From the NCBI GenBank assembly GCA_016209635.1, contig JACQWC010000221.1, forward strand, positions 30,859-94,858: a stretch of DNA of 64,000 bases, written 5' to 3'. The position numbers and the translations under genes are program-made. Source of the DNA: Candidatus Rokuibacteriota bacterium (GTDB lineage Bacteria; Methylomirabilota; Methylomirabilia; Rokubacteriales; CSP1-6). Positions within the stretch are counted from its first letter, which is position 1. Every line of letters begins with the position of its first letter. The notes under the pieces are model-generated. The model was not told the DNA's origin. It worked only from the letters and a program-made list of their open reading frames with translations, and did not search any database. Of the stretch, positions 36,344 through 45,141 are shown piece after piece.

Positions 36344-36430
36344 CGGACACCCCCTGCCTGCTCGACCTCGCAGGCGTCTCTCGGCGAATAAAACCCGCGA
36401 GAACCCTACCGCCAGGAGCCCCTGAGTCCT

Positions 36431-36448
36431 ATCAGGTATTTGCCTGAT
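36431..36448. promoter_or_regulatory. Palindrome ATCAGG-N6-CCTGAT in the AT-richer divergent intergenic region
   Basis: Read directly. It lies about 90 nt upstream of the rsbR ATG and about 150 nt upstream of the GAF-protein start. Confidence 0.25.
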
Positions 36449-36597
36449 TTGGCCACCGGAAAATTCTTGAGCCAAGTCCGAAGTCGAGGGGCCGGGAGGC
36501 CCGCTTTGCCCCGAAGGTCGGGTTGGGCATTTTCCCTGTTCCGCTTCCGGGATTCACCCGATTGTTCGGGAAATGCCTGAGGGCTAGCCTTCGCGTC

Positions 36598-37611
36598 ATG
36601 CGAGCCGTGGTGAATGTGGGACCTGCCCTGGGTCGCCCGATACCAACCGTCCTCAGGGGGCCCGTCATCGCCATCGGCGTCCTCGTAGGGTTGGAGACCC
36701 TCTCCAGGGCCGTGCTCTCGCTCCCCCACGTCGCGCCGATTTACTTGGTCGCCGTCCTGGTCGCTGTCGTCGGTGCCACCCTCGGCTCCGGCTTAGCCTC
36801 TGGGCTCACAAGCGCGTTCATCGTCGTGCTCCATGCGCTCGATTTCTTCTCCGTGCCCGGCAGCCCCTTTCAGTACACCGTCGAGAGCTGGATTCACCTC
36901 TCGGTGCTCGCGGTGATCGCGCCCACGGCGAGTGTCGTGACTGCCCGCCTCGGGCGTCGGGTTCGGAACGCGACTGACGCGGTGAAAGGCGCGATGACCG
37001 AGCGCGGGAAGGCGTTGCAAACGGCCGCGGAGCTGGTCGCCGCCGCCGAGCGACACCAGCGGTTCGCGGAGACTCTCCTCAGAGCGAGCGAAGCGGTGGG
37101 TTCAACCCTTGACGGCACGGAGATCTTCCAGCGGCTGACACGGGAACTCGTGCGCACGCTTGACGCGGAGATGGGCGGCGCGTGGGGCGTGGGTTCACGG
37201 CGTGATCAGCTCATCGCGCTGACCGGCTCTCGCGTCACGCAAGACGTGCTGGCCGCGATCGCACGGACCCCGTCCATCCCCGGATCCCAGACGCTCGACG
37301 CGCTCCAGTGGTCACGGCAGTCGGTGTTCTTCGCCGACAGCCAAGCGGACCTGCCGAGTTTCGATCACCCGGCCGTTCCCCTTCTTGCCCACAAGTCGAT
37401 CCTGCTGCAGCCCATCGCCATCCGTGACGAGGTCGTCGGGCTGTTCGTTGTGGTCTGGGCGCGGGAGCGCCACACGTTGACCGAGGACGAGCGGCGATTG
37501 GCCGACGCCATCGCCCGGCACGGCGCACTGGTGCTCGAACGTGTTCGGTCGACTCCGCGGTCCATGTCAGAAGCCATCCCTCTCAGCGCGAACGGCGGCG
37601 GTCCCCCCTGA
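36598..37611 (+). CDS. Membrane-anchored GAF-domain protein (DUF4118/KdpD-like TM region + coiled coil + GAF, no output domain)
   Basis: ATG at 36598; the track TTG start at 36523 is less likely. TM region ...PIYLVAVLVAVVGATLGSGLASGLTSAFIVVLHAL.... GAF: SEAVGSTLDGTEIFQRLTRELV...LLQPIAIRDEVVGLFVVVW. Confidence 0.7.
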   Translation: MRAVVNVGPALGRPIPTVLRGPVIAIGVLVGLETLSRAVLSLPHVAPIYLVAVLVAVVGATLGSGLASGLTSAFIVVLHALDFFSVPGSPFQYTVESWIHLSVLAVIAPTASVVTARLGRRVRNATDAVKGAMTERGKALQTAAELVAAAERHQRFAETLLRASEAVGSTLDGTEIFQRLTRELVRTLDAEMGGAWGVGSRRDQLIALTGSRVTQDVLAAIARTPSIPGSQTLDALQWSRQSVFFADSQADLPSFDHPAVPLLAHKSILLQPIAIRDEVVGLFVVVWARERHTLTEDERRLADAIARHGALVLERVRSTPRSMSEAIPLSANGGGPP

Positions 37612-38577
37612 TCCATCCACCCCGCTGTCGTGGGGCGTGGCGCCCAGCGCCTCCCTCCTGACCTCCTTCCCCGTGTCATCCCGGTACACGAGCTCGCCGG
37701 TCAAGAGGTCGCACTCTGCGATCGCCGGATCGTTCCACCGGGTCACGAAGTCCTGGTAGAACGCCGTATACAGCCGTGCGGGATCTTGGCTGTGCACGAA
37801 CAGGTACTCCGGCATGGCTCGAACGTCGCGGCCCGGGTGATAGTGCTGGACCCAGGCGTAGTCGCCAAGGATCGCCAGCTTCCAGACGGGCGGATCCGGA
37901 TACAGCTTGAGCCGGAGCCTCTTCTCCGCGGCCCGAAGCGCCCCGAGGAACGCAATCGTTTCCCCCAGCTGGTTCCGCAGGCTTTCCTGGGTCACCTCGG
38001 CCCCAGGAATGCTCCGGACACGCTCGAGCGCCCCCGAACTCTCGGGGTTCAACAGCATGATCTTCGCGGAACGGCAGTTCTGTATCACCGTGTGCAGGTC
38101 GCCGTTCGGATCGACCAGCGTGCGGAATCCCGTCGACCCGACGATCATGACGTCTCTCATGAAGCCTTGCTGCTCCTTCAATCTCCGCGTCCTGGTCTGG
38201 CCCAGCACCCCCTTGCGGGCGCTGTAATGGATGAGCCCCGCCGCGCGCGCGCTCTTGGAGACCACTCGGTTCCGCCAGTTCGTCCTCGCCTGGGTGAGGA
38301 CCAGGATGAGCAGGAGCGCGACCGCGACCTCGACCGAGACGAGGAACAGCTTCTCGTTGTCGATGGACGCCCAGTAGACAAGGAGCCACCGGGCAGCGAA
38401 GGTGAACGTCAACGGCAAGGAGACGGCGATGGCCGCGCTGAGGACAACGATCACGATGTGATACAGGGGAGCCACGCGACTCCTCATGAGCGGTGCCGGG
38501 CGGTCCGCCTCACGGACGAGGAGCCGCAGGGCCGCTGTGATCAGCGCTCGCACGTTCTCCACTACTTCCGACGCCAC
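37567..38577 (-). CDS. Two-TM membrane protein with uncharacterised cytoplasmic C-terminal domain
   Basis: 336 aa, high GC3. The C-terminal domain (KIMLLNPESSG...LKLYPDPPVWKLAILGDYAWVQHYHPG) reminds me of DUF5919-type domains. Start at GTG 38577 or ATG 38487. The 3' end overlaps the convergent GAF gene by 45 nt. Confidence 0.6.
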   Translation of the reverse strand: MASEVVENVRALITAALRLLVREADRPAPLMRSRVAPLYHIVIVVLSAAIAVSLPLTFTFAARWLLVYWASIDNEKLFLVSVEVAVALLLILVLTQARTNWRNRVVSKSARAAGLIHYSARKGVLGQTRTRRLKEQQGFMRDVMIVGSTGFRTLVDPNGDLHTVIQNCRSAKIMLLNPESSGALERVRSIPGAEVTQESLRNQLGETIAFLGALRAAEKRLRLKLYPDPPVWKLAILGDYAWVQHYHPGRDVRAMPEYLFVHSQDPARLYTAFYQDFVTRWNDPAIAECDLLTGELVYRDDTGKEVRREALGATPHDSGVDGSGGTAAVRAERDGF

Positions 38578-38593
38578 CGACGGGGCAGGCGGC

Positions 38594-38947
38594 TCACGAC
38601 AAGGTGAGCAGCGCCGTGATCAACAGGAGTGCAATCCCGGGGGCCGGCCCTTCATCATCGGCGGCCATCCGCTCAGACAGGGAAGCGATCAGCCGTCTCT
38701 GGCGGTCGCTCAACGTCGCGAGCTTGCTCGCCGCCTTCCTGACGACCCTCGGATCTGCAATATTGCGTTCCAGGACCGCCACGATCCGCGCCGTCTCGAC
38801 TTGACGATCGACGGCTGGCTCGTATCGATGATGCGTCGGGGGCGTGCCGGGCCGGGCGGCAGCGGCTGCTCCGTCCCAGCTCGATATGGCGAGAAGCGTC
38901 GTTGCGGACGAGAGCAGGAGGGTGGTGACCAGTCTGTTCGTGCTCAT
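38594..38947 (-). CDS. Small protein with signal peptide and C-terminal TM helix (PA2779-family-like architecture)
   Basis: 117 aa. MSTNRLVTTLLLSSATTLLAISS...; C-terminal GPAPGIALLLITALLTLS. AGGAGG lies directly before the ATG, an unusually short spacing. Confidence 0.55.
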   Translation of the reverse strand: MSTNRLVTTLLLSSATTLLAISSWDGAAAAARPGTPPTHHRYEPAVDRQVETARIVAVLERNIADPRVVRKAASKLATLSDRQRRLIASLSERMAADDEGPAPGIALLLITALLTLS

Positions 38948-38988
38948 CCTCCTTCAAGACGTCCCGTCGTGGGCCGAGACGAAGCGGG

Positions 38989-39195
38989 CTAACCCTCGAT
39001 CGTATTCAGCGGGTCGCGTCGGAGTCCGGGGCGTCGTCCAGCGCGGCTGCCACGGGCTCGATCTTCACGGACCGGCAGGCTCGAAGGGTCATCGGCGCCT
39101 GCCTCCGATCGGCGCCTCGCCGCATCGCGTTCGAGAATCGCTCGGCGGAGACGATCGTCGATCTCCAGCCACTCCCGAAAGACCCTGGGATCCAT
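38989..39195 (-). CDS. Small ORF with a strong SD; the frame of the 3' half is ambiguous
   Basis: ATG at 39195 with GGAGGAGG 9 nt upstream. MDPRVFREWLEIDDRLRRAILERDAARRR... GC3 falls in the 3' half, while the overlapping frame (39006..39236) keeps high GC3. Confidence 0.3.
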   Translation of the reverse strand: MDPRVFREWLEIDDRLRRAILERDAARRRSEAGADDPSSLPVREDRARGSRAGRRPGLRRDPLNTIEG

Positions 39196-39494
39196 CCCCT
39201 GCACCCTCCTCCACGCGTCACGAACCTTTCGAGCAATGTGTATGCCGGAGGGCGCGGGATGACGCCGGTAGGGGGGAAACCCGTTGATTTGCCGAGTGTT
39301 GTTGCGCTCGGGCCGATGCGGGGGCCGAGTCGTGCGGCGCCGACGGTGGGCTGTTTTTACGTGCCGACCGTGAAAGACTTACATGGTTCTGTCAGGGCGG
39401 GGGCGTGCGCCGCCACCTGGGGATCCTCGCCTCCGCGGCGATCTTCCCCGGCTGCACCCTCGCGAGCACTCCGCTCGGCGCGAAAGCGTTTGTT

Positions 39495-40739
39495 ATGATC
39501 GCGACGATGTCGCTCATCTATGATCCACGCCGCCCGGAGGTGCTCGCTGACCCCTATCCTGTGTTCCACCAGCTGCAGGCCGAGGACCCCGTGCACCGGA
39601 GCGAGATCCTCGGTGGCTGGGTGCTGACGCGATACGACGACGTCAAAGCCGCGCTCAGCGATTCGCGACTGTCATCGGACCGCATCACCCCGTTCGTGAA
39701 CCATCACGCCAAGGACGGCCGGGGCGACCTCCACGAGCTTGGCCACCTCGTCGGGCTCTGGGCCGTCTTCACCGATCCGCCCACGCACACCCGCCTCCGC
39801 GGGCTCATGAACCGGGCGTTCACCAGCCGCGCGGTGGAGCGGTTGCGGCCGCGGATCGAGGAGATCGTTGCGACGCTACTCGAAGCCGTCCGGCCGCACG
39901 GCCGGATGGACGTCATTCGCGACTTCGCTTATCCGTTGCCGATCGCCGTCATCGCCGAAATGATCGGCGTCCCGCGCGAGGACTGCCAGGCATTCAAGAC
40001 CTGGTCGGATGACCTCGCGTCGTTCATCGGCAGCGCGCTCACAACCCCCGATAAGTACGAGCGCGCAGCGCGCGCGATCATCGCGATGGCGGACTACTTC
40101 CGGCGCATGATCCCGGCGCGACGCGCGAACCCGCGTGAGGACATCATGAGCGCCCTCGTGGCCGCCCGCGACCGCGACGAGGCTCTCGGCGCGGACGAAC
40201 TCGTGGCCAGTTGCATTCTGCTGCTGTTCGCCGGCCATGAGACGACGACAAATCTGATCGGCAACGGCCTCCTCGCCCTTCTGCGCCACCCGGCTCAGGC
40301 GCGCGCGCTGCGCGACGATCCCGGCCTCACCGGCCCGGCGGTAGAGGAGATCCTCCGTTACGACGGTCCCACGGGCGCGATGGTCCGCGTGGCGGCCGAG
40401 GACGTCAGGCTCGAGGGCCGGACGATCCGACGTGGCGAGCGGGTCTTCACGATGATCAACGCTGCCAACCGTGACCCGCGCCAGTTCGAGGAACCTGACC
40501 GGCTCGATCTCGCGCGCGCGAACAACCACCACATAGCCTTCGGTTACGGCATCCACTTCTGTCTCGGCGCCCCGCTGGCGCGGCTGGAGGGGCAGATCGC
40601 GATCCCTGCACTCCTTCGGGCGCTGGCGGAGCCGGCGCTCGACGGCGGTGAGCCCGCCTGGCTCGACTCGCTCGTCTTCCGCGGCGTGAAATCGCTCCCG
40701 GTGACGTTCCGCGTCGGATCGCGCCCCATCGCTCGCTGA
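39495..40739 (+). CDS. Cytochrome P450
   Basis: AGHETT I-helix, EEILRY (ExxR), haem-Cys loop FGYGIHFCLGAPLAR. ATG at 39495 or 39507. Confidence 0.93.
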   Translation: MIATMSLIYDPRRPEVLADPYPVFHQLQAEDPVHRSEILGGWVLTRYDDVKAALSDSRLSSDRITPFVNHHAKDGRGDLHELGHLVGLWAVFTDPPTHTRLRGLMNRAFTSRAVERLRPRIEEIVATLLEAVRPHGRMDVIRDFAYPLPIAVIAEMIGVPREDCQAFKTWSDDLASFIGSALTTPDKYERAARAIIAMADYFRRMIPARRANPREDIMSALVAARDRDEALGADELVASCILLLFAGHETTTNLIGNGLLALLRHPAQARALRDDPGLTGPAVEEILRYDGPTGAMVRVAAEDVRLEGRTIRRGERVFTMINAANRDPRQFEEPDRLDLARANNHHIAFGYGIHFCLGAPLARLEGQIAIPALLRALAEPALDGGEPAWLDSLVFRGVKSLPVTFRVGSRPIAR

Positions 40740-40774
40740 ATGGGCCGGGCAGTACGTCGCAAGCCACGTCGTGT

Positions 40775-40804
40775 CTCCGGAGGTGCGCTCGCTAGCCTCC
40801 GGGG
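40775..40804. terminator. Hairpin between convergent genes; its loop contains the GT2-MTase stop codon
   Basis: CTCCGGAGG-N12-CCTCCGGGG: 9 bp including one G-U pair. Confidence 0.3.
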
Positions 40805-42090
40805 CGCGGTGAGCCAGAACCTGAGTTGGCATGCGGTTTCCTGAGCGCGAGGATCAGCTCCCCGCGCAGGATGTAGCGGGTGACCTCGAGCGTGAAACCC
40901 AACCTATTGAAGTGGTCGATCAGTTCGTCTCTCGTGTAGTGCGCGATATGCTCGTCGGCGTACGCTCCGGGCGCGAAGAAGCCGTAGAGTCGCTCCGTCA
41001 CCACCCATTCCCATCTGTCGTAATCCGGAGTCCCGAGGACCAAGCGGCCGCCCGGCTTCAGAATCCGCACCAGTTCGGCCAGAATCGGCGAGTCCTTTGG
41101 GACATGCTCGATGACCTGCGAACACAGGACGCACGAGAATGACTCGTCAGGAAAAGGCAACTTCAAAGCGGAACCCTGCACGAGCATGACGTCATAGCGA
41201 CGAGCGTAGCGAAGCTTGCGGGCCAGCACGTCGAGACCGACGCTGCCGGGCGGAAGAGACCCGATGATCCGGCTCGACCCGCAACCGATGTCCGCGACCG
41301 GACCCTCGCCAGCGATGAGCCCAGTGACATGCGTGTGCCGCATTCGCTGCCAGTACCGCTGAAGCGGTATCGGGCTGTCGTATGCCCGGGCATCGTAGTC
41401 GGCGCACAGGACCGAGTTCCGGAGCCTCCAGAGGGACCAGAATGTCCTTGCGTAGGCCAGTCCAAAACGGATGACACGCGCGTGCGAGTGGCCGTGGTGG
41501 CGCGGGCCGTAGAAGAAAGGGACTTCCATTACGCGCCACCCCTCGGCATATGCGCGCACGAGCAGGGTCTGAAGCACGTCGAAGTCACGAGGCAGCGAGC
41601 CGCGATCACGCAGGACGCTGGCCCGGTAGAGCCGGAAGCCGCTCGACATGTCCCGCACTTCAAGGCCCAGGCCACGGCTGAACACGCGGTTGAGGCCGCG
41701 GCTCAGCAGGTAGCGACGGAACGGCATGTCTGCCCCGCCGCCCGGAACGTAGCGGGACGCAATGACGACATCGGCGTCGTGACGATGCTGCCAGAGATCG
41801 GCGATGAAGGTGGGCAAGTGTGACAGGTCGGCGTCCATCGTGAGCAGGAACTCACCTGACGCCTCGGCGAAGCCGGCGGCGAGCGCACTCCCGAAGCCGG
41901 ACTCGCTTTGCATCACGAGGCGCGATCCCGCCAGTCCGCCAACCGCGCGCGTCTCCTGGTCCGAGGCGAGCGTCACCAACAAGATCTCGTACCGAATGCG
42001 CAGCGAATCCAAGACCCGGGCAAGCTCGGGCAGCAGCACGCGAAGATTTTCGCCCTCCCGCAGCGCCGGAATGATGACCGAGAGGTTCAC
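40792..42090 (-). CDS. Fusion protein: DPM1/ArnC-like GT2 polyprenyl-phosphate glycosyltransferase + class I SAM methyltransferase
   Basis: GTG at 42090 overlaps the upstream TGA. GT2: LSVIIPALREGENL...LTMDADLSH...VVIASRYVPGGG...SGFRLYR. MTase: VADIGCGSSRI...LKPGGRLVLGTPDY. Confidence 0.85.
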   Translation of the reverse strand: MNLSVIIPALREGENLRVLLPELARVLDSLRIRYEILLVTLASDQETRAVGGLAGSRLVMQSESGFGSALAAGFAEASGEFLLTMDADLSHLPTFIADLWQHRHDADVVIASRYVPGGGADMPFRRYLLSRGLNRVFSRGLGLEVRDMSSGFRLYRASVLRDRGSLPRDFDVLQTLLVRAYAEGWRVMEVPFFYGPRHHGHSHARVIRFGLAYARTFWSLWRLRNSVLCADYDARAYDSPIPLQRYWQRMRHTHVTGLIAGEGPVADIGCGSSRIIGSLPPGSVGLDVLARKLRYARRYDVMLVQGSALKLPFPDESFSCVLCSQVIEHVPKDSPILAELVRILKPGGRLVLGTPDYDRWEWVVTERLYGFFAPGAYADEHIAHYTRDELIDHFNRLGFTLEVTRYILRGELILALRKPHANSGSGSPRPGG

Positions 42091-43998
42091 GGCGTCTTGA
42101 ATGCGCGGGCGAAGGCGGCGCGCGCGGTGGTGAACAACCCCAGCCGGGCATCGGGCCCGGGGCGAGGTGCCAAGGCACGCCCGCACTCTGCACGCATGAG
42201 GTATGCTGTGGCCCGCGCGAGCGCGGACTCCTCGGTCAACGGCTTGCCCTGTTCCATCAGATAGAAGATCATTCCACCAGACACCGACTCCCCGGTCGAC
42301 CGGGTCCCGGCGCGCCCAACCGCTAGAAGCGGCCCGTCGGGCTGACCGACGCGAACCTCGACGCTCCGAATGCCGTCTGGCGCCTTCCAGTGAACGGTCG
42401 TCGTGCCCAGTCCGCTGTCATCGCACACCGGGATGATCTTTGGCTCTACGGCGATCAGCGGAGCGCTCGTGCCGCTTGAGTCCGACGGACGAAGCGGGTC
42501 GCGCGAGCAGACGAACCCCCAACCCGCGTCGAGGCATGCGGATGACGTGGCAAGCCTCGCCAGCTCGGCGGTTCGCCCCTTGACCGCTTTGCTGAGCAGG
42601 TACAGCACGCGCGCCTCGAGAACGGGCCGCTCCGCCCAACGGGCCTCGGCGGGACAATCCTTCAGAGGCCGTGACGTGTACACGCTGTTGGTGGGAATTC
42701 CCACACGCGCGACGAGCAGCTCGGTTTGTAACTCACGGTTGGACTCGCGGCTCCCGAACGCAATGTTGGGCACCAGCCCTCCACACCAAAATGACGGGAA
42801 CTGAAACATTCGATCATGCGCCTCCATCCAGCTCCGGAGCTGCAGGGTCTCCACCAGCTCGGGATGGAGCCGGCTCGACGTGGATCTGAGCCGCGTGAGC
42901 GTGACGCTGGCCTCCCACAGCTGCGCGACCATGGCGAGCGCGACCCGCGGAACGACCAGGGCCCGCGGAGCCCACCTGACGAGTACCGCGAGTGACAACA
43001 GGATGATCGCGTAGCCGGGCACCCACACGAATCGGCCGCTCACCCGGAGGAAGCTCGTCGCTACGGTCATCGCTTCCGGAAGCGGAATGTCGAGCAGCAG
43101 GCGGGAGCCTAAGAAGATCCGATTCGACGCGGCGAACGCGGCGCAGGCGAGCAGGGTTGTACAGAGAAGCCAGTGTTGCCTGACCGCCGATAGTATCCGC
43201 CTCGGGCGGACGAGGAGACAGGCGACGAAGACGAGCGCGGCTCCAAGTCCGATGTACGCCTCGCCCTCGGTCTGTCCTCCGGTAGCATCGCGCACGATTC
43301 CGGTCGGGTTTCCCCAGAACTCCCCTGGCGGCACGAGCAGGGTGGCGAGATTCCACGAGTAGTGACCGAACCCGGGTGCGCCCATGCTGGCGCTCCCCGT
43401 AAAAATGGCGCTGTACCCTTCGACCAGCGCAATCGCCAGCACCCCCCCGAGGACGAGCGCGGCTCTTCCCCAGTCCGCAGCCCGCACGACCCCGTTCATC
43501 CACAAGGTCGCATACGTCGTGACCTGCAGGACGCCGACCATCACGAACAGGTAGGGATTCACGAGGATCGCCAATGCGCCCAGGACGAAATGGCGACCCG
43601 CCGCGAAACGCCGGGATCGAACGTCCTCGAAGTAGAGGGCAAGCGCCCACAGGATCACGAAATGGCTCGAGAGCGCGATGTGGCTGTAGCGCCCCATGAA
43701 GAAGATGGAGCCGATCGCCAGGACGGCGGCGGCGACAGCCGCCCACCGGGACCGGACCCCGCAGGCGGTGACGACGCGAGCAGCGGTCGCGCCCTGAAGC
43801 ACTCAGGAAGTTCCACCAGCCGAATGGGTTCAAAGCGTGTCCGATCACCGAATAGATCGCCTTGGTCGTGATCGCTGTTATCGGGAGGGCGTTGTTGAAG
43901 AGCACGCTTCCCCCCTCCGGATAGCCCATGGCGGGCAGCCTGAGCAGCGGCATTCGCCACGTGTCGTGGAGGAAGTAGTGACCTACGGGTCGTCGCAT
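42087..43998 (-). pseudogene. Large polytopic GT-C/DUF6311-like membrane protein with a soluble C-terminal domain, interrupted by a 1-nt frameshift near 43800
   Basis: The N-terminal ~65 codons are in the frame of track ORF 42814..44070 (MRRPVGHYFLHDTWRMPLLRLPAMGYPEGGSVLFNNALPITAITTKAIYSVIGHALNPFGWWNFLS). The rest is in the frame of ORF 42087..43802 (LQGATAARVV...). Both parts have high GC3. Beyond the junction, each frame turns into nonsense or hits a stop. Confidence 0.55.
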
Positions 43999-44045
43999 TC
44001 GATTCCCGATTGTATACGGCAACCGATTCTGGAAGCCGAACTGAG

Positions 44046-44074
44046 TTGACTTCCGCCGGCGGGCTCGCAAGAAT
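44046..44074 (+). promoter_or_regulatory. Sigma70-like promoter candidate TTGACT-N17-AAGAAT
   Basis: Read directly. The -10 ends 29 nt before the ATG at 44104, with GGAGGAGG in between. Confidence 0.4.
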
Positions 44075-44103
44075 CCAGTCCAGGCGGAGGAGGATCGACG
44101 GGC

Positions 44104-45135
44104 ATGAGGATCGGGATCATCGGCGCGGGGGCGATCGGCTCAGTGGTAGGGGGACTCCTCAGCAAGGCGGGGCGTGACGTGACGCTCGTCGACCAGTGGC
44201 CCGAGCACGTCGAGGCGATGCGTCGGCACGGTCTCAGGCTCTCCGGCACCTGCGGCGAGCACACGATCGCCGTCAAGGCGCTCCACATCCACGAGGCCCA
44301 GACGATCCGCGAGCCCTTCGACGCGGCCTTCGTCGCCGTGAAGTCGTACGACACCGAGTGGGCCACCCAGCTCGCGGTCGCCTACCTCGGGGACCCCGAC
44401 GGGGTCGTGGTCGACTTCCAGAACGGGCTCAACGACGAGCGGGTGGCGGCGGTGGCAGGCAGGGAGCGGACCCTCGGCTGCGTCATCACGATCGGCGCGG
44501 GACTCTACGAGCCGGGCCACGCGGTGCGCACCGACACGAGCGCGGTCGGGTTCAAAATCGGCGAGCTGGATGGCTCGGACTCCGAGCGGGCGCGCGCCCT
44601 GGCCGGGATCCTGAACGACATCGCGCCCGCGCGGGTGACCACGAACCTCCAGGGGGAGCGGTGGTCGAAGCTCGCCATCAACTGCATGGCGAACCCGCTG
44701 GCGGGCCTCTCCGGTCTGGGCTCCGCCGAGGTCCGGAGCGAGCCGGGGCCCCGGCGCATCGCGATCCAGATCGCGGCCGAGGTCATCAGGGTGGGGCGCG
44801 CCGTCGGCCACGAGGTCGAGCCGATCTTCGGGATCACGGCGCAGCGGCTCGTCGACGCCGCCGAGGGCCGGGGCCTCGAGGATGTCGAGGCCGACATGGT
44901 CGCCGGGGCCCAGCGCCTGAGCGGCGGGCGCCCCTCCCTGCTCCAGGATGTGCTGAAGGGCCGCCGGACGGAGATCGAGTACCTGAACGGCTACGTCGGG
45001 GCGCAGGGTCTGAAGCTCGGGATCGCGACCCCTTTCAACGACGCGGTCGTCGGGATCTATCGGCGCCAGGCGCTCGGGACGCTCAGGCCCGACCCGAAGA
45101 ACCTCGAGCCCCTGGTGCGGATGCTGCCGGGGTGA
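44104..45135 (+). CDS. 2-dehydropantoate 2-reductase (ApbA/PanE) family oxidoreductase
   Basis: MRIGIIGAGAIGSVVGG Rossmann motif; ...ERWSKLAINCMANPL...SLLQDVLKGRRTEIEYLNG. Confidence 0.88.
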   Translation: MRIGIIGAGAIGSVVGGLLSKAGRDVTLVDQWPEHVEAMRRHGLRLSGTCGEHTIAVKALHIHEAQTIREPFDAAFVAVKSYDTEWATQLAVAYLGDPDGVVVDFQNGLNDERVAAVAGRERTLGCVITIGAGLYEPGHAVRTDTSAVGFKIGELDGSDSERARALAGILNDIAPARVTTNLQGERWSKLAINCMANPLAGLSGLGSAEVRSEPGPRRIAIQIAAEVIRVGRAVGHEVEPIFGITAQRLVDAAEGRGLEDVEADMVAGAQRLSGGRPSLLQDVLKGRRTEIEYLNGYVGAQGLKLGIATPFNDAVVGIYRRQALGTLRPDPKNLEPLVRMLPG

Positions 45136-45141
45136 GGCCCC

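Noticed and set aside
36393-36403. An ops-like element GGCGGTAGGGT (RfaH recruitment site) in the rsbR leader; a related GCCGTAGGGT sits in the glmS leader
   Set aside because: The 8-mer core is G/C-rich. By a rough composition estimate, several chance hits are expected in 64 kb of this DNA. Another GGCGGTAG occurs antisense inside a gene near 9917. Neither site is in the leader of the NusG-paralog operon itself, and the paralog's specificity is unknown.
39006-39236. A P450-modified RiPP precursor peptide encoded next to the cytochrome P450
   Set aside because: The small ORF is divergent from the P450 and about 260 nt away. It has no aromatic-rich C-terminal core like known P450-crosslinked peptides. 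Its reading frame is itself uncertain.
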